From: Candidatus Edwardsbacteria bacterium RifOxyA12_full_54_48
Lineage (GTDB): Bacteria > Edwardsbacteria > AC1 > EtOH8
DNA length: 64,000 bases
Direction: 5' to 3'
NCBI GenBank assembly: GCA_001777915.1
Contig: MFFN01000009.1
Coordinates: 2,783-66,782 of the forward strand
The translations under genes and the position numbers were made by a program. Positions 57,573 through 64,000 of the stretch are shown piece after piece. The notes beneath the pieces are model-generated. The model was not told the DNA's origin, made no database searches, and worked only from the letters and a program-made list of their open reading frames with translations. Positions within the stretch are counted from its first letter, which is position 1; every line of letters begins with the position of its first letter.

Positions 57573-57838
57573 TGCAGGAGATAAAAGCGCTCATCGTCAA
57601 CCGCCTGGGCATGCATGCCAGGCCGGCCGCCCTGTTCGTCAAGACATCCAGTAAGTTCCAGTCCAAGATCTGGGTCCGCAAGGATGATCTGGAGGTCAAC
57701 GGAAAGAGCATCATGGGGGTGATGATGCTGGCCGCCGAACCCGGCAGCAGCCTGATCATCAAAGCCGACGGTCCGGACGAGCAGGAAGCCCTGGAGGCCC
57801 TGGCCAAGCTGGTAGCTGATAAATTCTATGAGGATTGA
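57569..57838 (+). CDS. ptsH: Phosphocarrier protein HPr
   Basis: IVNRLGMHARPAALFV (active-site His) and KSIMGVMMLAA (regulatory Ser). Confidence 0.92.
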   Translation: MMQEIKALIVNRLGMHARPAALFVKTSSKFQSKIWVRKDDLEVNGKSIMGVMMLAAEPGSSLIIKADGPDEQEALEALAKLVADKFYED

Positions 57839-57840
57839 TC

Positions 57841-59604
57841 ATGGCCAATGAGACCAGATTATACGGGATCCCCGTCTCCCCGGGTTTCGGCATCGGCCAG
57901 GCTTTCATCTATCGCAAAAACCTGCCGGTGCTCAAGCGGCGGATGGTGGATAATGCCAACAAGGAGATCGCCAGATTTCACAACGCCCTTAGCAACGCCC
58001 GGCTGGAGATCGCCGAGCTTCGGGATATGATCGCCGGCCGGCTGGGGAGGGATGAGGCCGAGCTGTGGACCGCCCAGCTGATGATGCTGGAGGACGTGAC
58101 GGTGATCCAAGCCACCGCCGACAGGATCAGGGAAAAGAAACAGGATGCCGCCTCGGCCTTCCAGGAGACGATCAGCCAGGTGGCCGAGACCATCGAGTCG
58201 TCCTCCAATCAGTATCTCAAAGAGCGGGTGGCCGATATCCGGGATATCTCCTGGCGGGTGATAAAACACATCCAATCCGGGAATCCATCGGTTCTGCATA
58301 AGCTTTCCCGGAATTCGGTGGTGGTGTCCCACGACCTGTCGGCGGCCGATACTGCTTTGATGTCGGCCCGGAATATAGCCGGCTTCATCACCGAGGTGGG
58401 AGGCAAGACATCGCATACCGCCATTGTGGCCCGCTCCCTGGAGATCCCGGCGGTGGTGGGCATCAAGGACGCTCTGCAGCAGCCCCTGCCCGGCGCCATG
58501 GTCATCGTGGACGGCACCAGGGGGGTGGTCATACTGGACCCGCTGCCCCAGACCCTGGAATCTTACCAACAGGAGCAGAAGGAATACCAGAAGCATATCT
58601 CCGACCTGAAGAGGCTGCGGAAAAGCAAGCCGGTGACCCTGGACGGGCGCCGGATAGAATTGTCTGCCAATATAGAATTGCCGGAAGAGATCCCCTCGGT
58701 AAAATCACACGGGGCCAAGGGCATCGGGCTTTTCAGGACGGAATACCTTTTCCTGACATCCTCCCAGCTGCCCGATGAGGAGCAGCAGTTCGCTATCTAC
58801 AAACAGGTAGCCGAGAAAATCGCCCCGGATCCGGTGATAATCCGCACTTTTGATCTGGGCGGGGACAAGATCAACGGCCACGGCTTCTCGCCCGAGGCCA
58901 ATCCCTTCCTGGGGTGGCGGGCCATCAGGTTCTGCCTGGACCGTCCGGAGATCTTCCGGGCCCAGCTCAGGGCCATCCTGAGGGCCTCGGCCTTCGGCTC
59001 GGTCAGGATCATGCTCCCCATGATCTGCTGCCTGGAGGAGGTAACCCAGACCAAGGTCATTCTGGATTCCATCCGACTGGAGCTGGACGAAAAGAAGATC
59101 GCCTATGACCGCAACTGCCAGCTGGGAGTGATGATAGAGACCCCGGCAGCAGCCCTGACCAGCGACATCCTGGCCCCAGAGGTGGATTTCTTCAGCATCG
59201 GCTCCAACGATCTTACCCAATACACCCTGGCGGTGGACCGGGTCAACGAGAAGGTGGCTAAATTGTACGATCCCTTCAATCCGGCGGTGCTTAAACTGAT
59301 CAAGCAGGTGATAGAATCCGGGCACCGCTCAGGCATCTGGGTGGGCCTGTGCGGGGAGATGTGCGCCGATCCCCTGGCGGTGCCGCTGTTATTGGGATTG
59401 GGTCTGGATGAGTTCAGCATGAACGCGGTCTCGGTCCCCGAGGTCAAACGGATGATCCTCAAACTCAGGTTGGAGGATTGCCAAAAGGTGGCCGGGAGGG
59501 CCATGGAAGCAAAAAGCGCGTTGCAGGCCAGGACCGTACTTTCGGAGTTTGTACTGAACATCTTTCCGGACCTGGCCCTGAGCTGTGCCCTGGAAAGATC
59601 ATGA
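57841..59604 (+). CDS. ptsI: Phosphoenolpyruvate-protein phosphotransferase (PTS enzyme I)
   Basis: GGKTSHTAIVARSLEIPAVVG, GIGLFRTEYLF, FFSIGSNDLTQY. ATG at 57841; the track ORF starts at TTG 57835. Confidence 0.94.
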   Translation: MANETRLYGIPVSPGFGIGQAFIYRKNLPVLKRRMVDNANKEIARFHNALSNARLEIAELRDMIAGRLGRDEAELWTAQLMMLEDVTVIQATADRIREKKQDAASAFQETISQVAETIESSSNQYLKERVADIRDISWRVIKHIQSGNPSVLHKLSRNSVVVSHDLSAADTALMSARNIAGFITEVGGKTSHTAIVARSLEIPAVVGIKDALQQPLPGAMVIVDGTRGVVILDPLPQTLESYQQEQKEYQKHISDLKRLRKSKPVTLDGRRIELSANIELPEEIPSVKSHGAKGIGLFRTEYLFLTSSQLPDEEQQFAIYKQVAEKIAPDPVIIRTFDLGGDKINGHGFSPEANPFLGWRAIRFCLDRPEIFRAQLRAILRASAFGSVRIMLPMICCLEEVTQTKVILDSIRLELDEKKIAYDRNCQLGVMIETPAAALTSDILAPEVDFFSIGSNDLTQYTLAVDRVNEKVAKLYDPFNPAVLKLIKQVIESGHRSGIWVGLCGEMCADPLAVPLLLGLGLDEFSMNAVSVPEVKRMILKLRLEDCQKVAGRAMEAKSALQARTVLSEFVLNIFPDLALSCALERS

Positions 59605-59656
59605 TGGAAAATGGAACGGACAACCATAAAACCAAAATATAATCAAAGAAGGAAAA

Positions 59657-60772
59657 ATGGACGAGAAGAAGAAACTGCAATTGCTGGATCTGGCCGCCCA
59701 ATACCAGACCATCAAGCCGGAGATTGATGAGGCCATCGCCAAGGTGGTCTCCACCGGCGGATTCATCCTGGGCAAGACCGTGGAGGAGTTTGAAAAATCG
59801 GTAGCCGGGTTCGTGGGAGTGAAATACGGCATCGGGGTGAATTCTGGGACCGACGCCCTGTATCTGGCCCTTAAGGCCGCCGGGGTCAAGGAGGGGGATG
59901 AGGTGATCACCACCCCGTTCACCTTCATCGCCACCGCCGAGGTGATCTGCTGGATACCGGCCAAGCCGGTGTTCGTGGACATCTGCCCCGACACCCTTAA
60001 CATCGATCCGGCCAAGCTGGAGAAAGCCATCAGCCCCAGGACCAAGGCCATCATCCCGGTCCACCTATACGGGCAGGCGGCCGACATGACCGCGATCATG
60101 GAGATAGCCAAAAAGCATAAACTGGCGGTGATCGAGGACTGCGCCCAGAGCCTGGGGGCCAAATACCAGGGCCAGCAGACCGGCAGCATCGGCCACATTG
60201 CGGGTTTAAGCTTTTTCCCCAGCAAGAACCTGGGGGCCTACGGCGATGGCGGTATGGTGCTGACCAATGATGAGGAGATGATGAAGATGGTCAAGATGCT
60301 GCGCCAGCACGGGCAGGACAAGAAATACCACCACCTCAAGCTGGGGGTCAACTCCCGGCTGGATGCCCTGCAGGCCGCGGTGCTGTCGGTCAAGTTGAAG
60401 CATCTGGAAAGATGGAATCGGGCCCGACAGGAGAAGGCCGGATATTACAATCAGCGCTTTGCCGGGATCGGCGACATCAAAATTCCCCAGGTGCGCCCAA
60501 GCAATGAAGCCATCTATCACCAGTACACCCTGAGGACCGCCAAGCGGGATGCCATGGTGGAGTTCCTGGGGCAGAACGGGGTGCCGACCGCGGTGCATTA
60601 TCCCATCCCGCTGCATATGCAGCCGGCCTTTGCATTTTTGGGTCACCAGAAGGGGGGCTTTCCGGTGGCCGAAGAGGCCGCCAGTCAGGTGTTCTCCCTG
60701 CCGATATACCCTGAGATCACCAGGGAACAGCAGGACCAGGTGGTGGACGCCATCGCCAAATTCTACAAATAA
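59657..60772 (+). CDS. DegT/DnrJ/EryC1/StrS-family PLP-dependent sugar aminotransferase
   Basis: FILGKTVEEFEKSVA...NSGTDALYLAL...SFFPSKNLGAYGDGG... Confidence 0.88.
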   Translation: MDEKKKLQLLDLAAQYQTIKPEIDEAIAKVVSTGGFILGKTVEEFEKSVAGFVGVKYGIGVNSGTDALYLALKAAGVKEGDEVITTPFTFIATAEVICWIPAKPVFVDICPDTLNIDPAKLEKAISPRTKAIIPVHLYGQAADMTAIMEIAKKHKLAVIEDCAQSLGAKYQGQQTGSIGHIAGLSFFPSKNLGAYGDGGMVLTNDEEMMKMVKMLRQHGQDKKYHHLKLGVNSRLDALQAAVLSVKLKHLERWNRARQEKAGYYNQRFAGIGDIKIPQVRPSNEAIYHQYTLRTAKRDAMVEFLGQNGVPTAVHYPIPLHMQPAFAFLGHQKGGFPVAEEAASQVFSLPIYPEITREQQDQVVDAIAKFYK

Positions 60773-60781
60773 AATATTAAA

Positions 60782-60805
60782 GACCCAGCCCGCAAGGGCT
60801 GGGTC
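60782..60805. terminator. Hairpin between convergent genes (the T-run is on the minus strand, serving rlmN)
   Basis: GACCCAGCCC-GCAA-GGGCTGGGTC, preceded by an A-rich tract on the + strand. Confidence 0.55.
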
Positions 60806-60825
60806 CTGGTGGTGGCAGCGTCTCT

Positions 60826-61881
60826 TCAGGTTTGTTTTGATATTGCCGCGGCCCTCAACTGCCCGCAGGCGGCGCTGATGTCCTGGCCTTTGCTGATCCT
60901 GACGGTCACCGCCACCCCCAACTGGTGCAGCCTTTCAAAGAAGGCCTGCTGGACCTGGGGCGATGAGGGCCTGAAGACACCTTCTCTGCCCCCCGGATTA
61001 TAAGGTATCAGATTGACCTTGGCCGGGATGTTCTTTAATAACTTCGACAGTCGGTCGGCATCGCCCAAACTGTCGTTTATCCCGGCCAGCAGGATATATT
61101 CAAAGAACACCAGCTTGCCTTTCCGGTTGCTGAAATCCCGAGCGGCGGTCAGCAGCTCTTTTAAAGGATATTTTTTATTTACCGGCATGATCTTATCTCG
61201 AACGGCATCACTGGTGGCGCTAAGGGATATGGCCAGCTTGAATTGCTCCGGTTCTTCCATCAGCCGTAAGATGCCGGGCACTATTCCCGAGGTGGAGATG
61301 GTGATATGCCGGGCGCCGATGTTGAACCCCTGGTGCGAATTTATCAGCCGGGCGGCCGAGAGCGTAGCATCGTAATTGAGCATCGGCTCGCCCATGCCCA
61401 TGAATACGATGTTGGTGATGCGATTCTGCCATCCCATCATGCCCTGCAGGTGGAACAGCTGGTCGACAATCTCCCCGGCGGTCAGGTTGCGGACCAAGCC
61501 CAGGGACCCGGTGGCGCAGAAGCCGCAGTTCAGCCTGCAGCCCAGCTGGGTGGAAAGGCAGGCGGTGAGGCGCTCCTTGCTGGGGATCAGCACGCTCTCG
61601 ATCAGCTGGCTGTCGGCGGTCTCCAGCAGGATCTTCCGGCTGCCGTCCCGGGACCGGCGCTGGGTACTTAACCGCAGTTCATCGGGCCGGAAAGTCTTCT
61701 CCAGACCGGTGCGCAGCTCCTTGGAGAGGTCGGTCATCCGGGAAAACTCCGAGACGCCTCGCTGATAGAACCAGGCCATGATCTGCCGGGCATGGAAAGC
61801 CCTGGCCCCCAGCGGGGCCAGAGTTTTCTGCATCTCTTCGAGATCTAATCCCTTAAGGGAGGGGTTTGAAATATTTTTCAT
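60826..61881 (-). CDS. rlmN: 23S rRNA/tRNA adenine-C2 methyltransferase RlmN (radical SAM)
   Basis: FHARQIMAWFYQRGV..., CLSTQLGCRLNCGFCATG, ...NLIPYNP... Confidence 0.93.
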   Translation of the reverse strand: MKNISNPSLKGLDLEEMQKTLAPLGARAFHARQIMAWFYQRGVSEFSRMTDLSKELRTGLEKTFRPDELRLSTQRRSRDGSRKILLETADSQLIESVLIPSKERLTACLSTQLGCRLNCGFCATGSLGLVRNLTAGEIVDQLFHLQGMMGWQNRITNIVFMGMGEPMLNYDATLSAARLINSHQGFNIGARHITISTSGIVPGILRLMEEPEQFKLAISLSATSDAVRDKIMPVNKKYPLKELLTAARDFSNRKGKLVFFEYILLAGINDSLGDADRLSKLLKNIPAKVNLIPYNPGGREGVFRPSSPQVQQAFFERLHQLGVAVTVRISKGQDISAACGQLRAAAISKQT

Positions 61882-61901
61882 TGTTCAATGATAATGGAGC
61901 T

Positions 61902-62639
61902 ATGGGCAAAAGTCAAGGACATAACGGCCGGTATCAGTGCCCGCAATGCGGTGCCGAAATCAGCCTCTCGCCAAAACGCCGCCTGGGCAACTGCCCTTTT
62001 TGCGGTTCGCGGCTGTATATGGAGCCCCGGGAAGTTGAGAACCGCTGGATGCTTCGCCCGGTCCTGATGCGCTCCGAATGCCACCGGATACTATCAGCCT
62101 GGCTGTGGGAGAACTATCAGGGAACGGCATCAGGCCTGGAGATCAGCCAAAGTCTGTGGGTCCCCTGGCTGAGGAAGGAGCGGAGAAAGGATGGCCAGTT
62201 TGCCGGACACAGCTATGAGCTGGCGGAAAAACCCGCTGACCCGCACATCACCAGGGTAAAAATCCCGCCGGGCGAATATGTCCGATTCGATAGTGAAAAA
62301 ACCGCCGGTTTCGTTCTGCCAGAGGTTCCGGATGAAAAGCCGGGGCCGGGAGGCGTCATTATATACGTCCCCTTTCATGTTGCCAGCTTCAGCTACGGCG
62401 GAGAGCGAAGAAGCGCGGCAATAGAAGCTTCCACTGGAAGCCTGGCGGGATACCAGCCCGACAAGAAGGCCAAAATATCATTTCAGTGGGGAAGCCTGGC
62501 TATAGCCGGCGTAATATTTTTGCTCGAAGGCATGCTGATCAAGCCGGTGATAGCCAAGACCATAGTGCTGGGCCTGAGCTTCGCCATATTGGAGATCGGC
62601 ATCAGCCTGCTGTGGGAGGGATGGGGATGGCGAAAGTAA
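61902..62639 (+). CDS. Zinc-ribbon protein with a C-terminal double TM anchor (paralog 1)
   Basis: YQCPQCGAEISLSPKRRLGNCPFCGS; C-terminal hydrophobic WGSLAIAGVIFLLEGMLI...LGLSFAILEIGISLLW. The track ORF starts at 61866. Confidence 0.5.
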   Translation: MGKSQGHNGRYQCPQCGAEISLSPKRRLGNCPFCGSRLYMEPREVENRWMLRPVLMRSECHRILSAWLWENYQGTASGLEISQSLWVPWLRKERRKDGQFAGHSYELAEKPADPHITRVKIPPGEYVRFDSEKTAGFVLPEVPDEKPGPGGVIIYVPFHVASFSYGGERRSAAIEASTGSLAGYQPDKKAKISFQWGSLAIAGVIFLLEGMLIKPVIAKTIVLGLSFAILEIGISLLWEGWGWRK

Positions 62640-63619
62640 CCGCCTTGCTTTGCCCGGTGTGCGGCTCCGGCCTGGTGGCAGAATCCGGCAGCATCCTGGC
62701 CCAATGCCGCTCCTGCCAGGCTTCGGTGGCCCTGGGCTCGCAAATGGGCTTCTACCGCTACTATGTGGAGCCCGGGATCAAGCGCAATGGGGCCATATCC
62801 CTGGCCGGGCAGGCCGCCGAGCTTTCCTTTGAGCCCATTGCCGCCCAGCTGATGTTCATTCCCGTCTGGCATATTGATGCCGAGGCTTTTGGTTTTATCG
62901 GCGGACAGCGGCCGATAGTGGAGAGAATCCTGAAGATCCCCATCTCCGATGCCGAGGGCAACACCCTTTATGAAAAGGAGATCAAGCAGAAGAGCGGCGG
63001 CGAGGTGGTGAAAAAGAGCTTGTGGATCAAGAAGGATTACCGGATGCTGGGCATCAAATGGAACGAGCTGGGGGGCTGCGATATCAAGGACATTGCGCCC
63101 GAAATGGAACTGATGCCGGAGGACGATGCCGAATTGTCCAGGCTGGGCCTGGTGCTGGAACCGGACGCGGCAGCCGAGCCGGAGATGATAGCGGAATCCA
63201 CAAAATATTTCAAAGGCCAGATGTTGTATCCCTACGGGAGCTATCAGGGGTTGACCAGCCGGATCTCCCTGCTAAAGCAGAACCGGAGGCTGATCTATTA
63301 CCCGGTGTGGCGGGTGCTGGGGTTTACCAAGAAAGGCCGGTTCAAATGCCTGGTTGACGGCGTAAACGGAACGCAGATATATGTCAAGCAATACCGCCAG
63401 GCTAAAATCGCCCCCCCCACCAAACCCCTGATCGCCACCCTGGCAATAGCCTTGGCCCTGGGGATGATATTATCCCCGCACCAGGTCTTTATGCAGGGCT
63501 GGCTGTCCTTTGTGGCGCCGTTCTTCCTGTTGGGATTCCTGGCCGGCGGCACCATGCTGAACCGCCTGATACTGGATCGACTGGCCGAGAAGGCCGCCCG
63601 TTTCATCTGGAAGGTGTAA
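62627..63619 (+). CDS. Zinc-ribbon protein with a C-terminal double TM anchor (paralog 2)
   Basis: LLCPVCGSGLVAESGSILAQCRSCQ; ...LIYYPVWRVLGF...LVDGVNG...; two C-terminal TM helices. The start (62621 or 62627) overlaps the end of the upstream gene. Confidence 0.5.
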   Translation: MAKVTALLCPVCGSGLVAESGSILAQCRSCQASVALGSQMGFYRYYVEPGIKRNGAISLAGQAAELSFEPIAAQLMFIPVWHIDAEAFGFIGGQRPIVERILKIPISDAEGNTLYEKEIKQKSGGEVVKKSLWIKKDYRMLGIKWNELGGCDIKDIAPEMELMPEDDAELSRLGLVLEPDAAAEPEMIAESTKYFKGQMLYPYGSYQGLTSRISLLKQNRRLIYYPVWRVLGFTKKGRFKCLVDGVNGTQIYVKQYRQAKIAPPTKPLIATLAIALALGMILSPHQVFMQGWLSFVAPFFLLGFLAGGTMLNRLILDRLAEKAARFIWKV

Positions 63620-63709
63620 CCTAACCCCCAACCCCTTCCCCTTCGCAGTCAATATCTAAAGTAAAGCTCAGGGCAGGCTCTCGAGGGAAGGGGAAAAGGG
63701 GATGGGTTA
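63619..63709. repeat. Palindromic element, family 2, with a central insert
   Basis: ACCTAACCCCCAACCCCTTCCCCTTCGC...CGAGGGAAGGGGAAAAGGGGATGGGTTA. Confidence 0.55.
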
Positions 63710-63716
63710 AAAGACT

Positions 63717-64000
63717 ATGATTCGCAATCAACACTATACTCAAATAAAGCTGGCGATTGCTAAAAAAATGCGTCTGGAAATGACATCTGCTGAAGCATGT
63801 TTTTGGAAAGCTGTAAAGGGCAATAAACTAAATGGACTGCATTTCAGAAGACAACAGGTCGTTGATGGTTTCATTGCGGATTTTTACTGTGATAAACTGA
63901 AATTGGTGGTAGAAATTGATGGAGGTGTGCATGAGAAACAGAAAGCTTATGATGCCGAAAGAGACCGCATAATTAAAACTCACAAAAAAAAATATTACGC
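63717..64000 (+). CDS. DUF559 (Vsr-like endonuclease fold) protein, 3' end outside the window
   Basis: Hand translation gives MIRNQHYTQIKLAIAKKMRLEMTSAEACFWKAVKGNKLNGLHFRRQQVVDGFIADFYCDKLKLVVEIDGGVHE... Confidence 0.7.
   Translation, partial: MIRNQHYTQIKLAIAKKMRLEMTSAEACFWKAVKGNKLNGLHFRRQQVVDGFIADFYCDKLKLVVEIDGGVHEKQKAYDAERDRIIKTHKKKYY

Overview
This is 64 kb from a GC-rich (about 55-60% by eye) diderm bacterium, probably an uncultivated lineage; taxonomy cannot be assigned without a database search. Bases 1-13.5 kb hold the end of the S10 operon plus the complete spc and alpha ribosomal-protein operons (rplB to rplQ, with secY, adk, map, infA, rpmJ, rpoA), all on the + strand. Bases 13.55-22.4 kb are a visibly AT-rich accessory stretch bracketed by three direct copies of the rplQ terminator hairpin. 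It contains a repeat element, a promoter-(ACCAG)16-terminator RNA unit, a small helical protein and a 1488-aa Sec-signal RHS/YD-repeat polymorphic toxin with a membrane immunity gene. It also contains two promoterless orphan RHS-tip plus immunity cassettes (one tip is phospholipase-A2-like) and an XRE regulator. The rest (22.4-64 kb) is mostly housekeeping. It includes a GHL10 lipoprotein, a DUF4159 / DUF4175-like / TPR envelope cluster, clpP, tRNA-Phe, an outer-membrane-like protein and comF. A glycolytic cluster (PPi-PFK fused to a cNMP-binding domain, class II aldolase, GAPDH) is interrupted by an aeRF1/Pelota-like protein without GGQ. Further on are a phosphoesterase-thioredoxin-DsbD-like fusion, LPS genes (kdsA, kdsD, lpxL-like, lptC, lptA-like), rpoN-lipA-hpf-hprK, a GH57 enzyme, ptsH-ptsI, a DegT aminotransferase, rlmN, two paralogous zinc-ribbon membrane proteins and a truncated DUF559 gene. 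Intergenic DNA carries several families of short palindromic repeats. The best leads are the terminator-duplication-bounded RHS island, the pentanucleotide-array RNA unit in front of it, the 170-bp hairpin-headed element present twice, the cNMP-gated PPi-PFK fusion and the GGQ-less aeRF1-like gene. All functional calls rest on motif recognition in the supplied translations; no searches were run.
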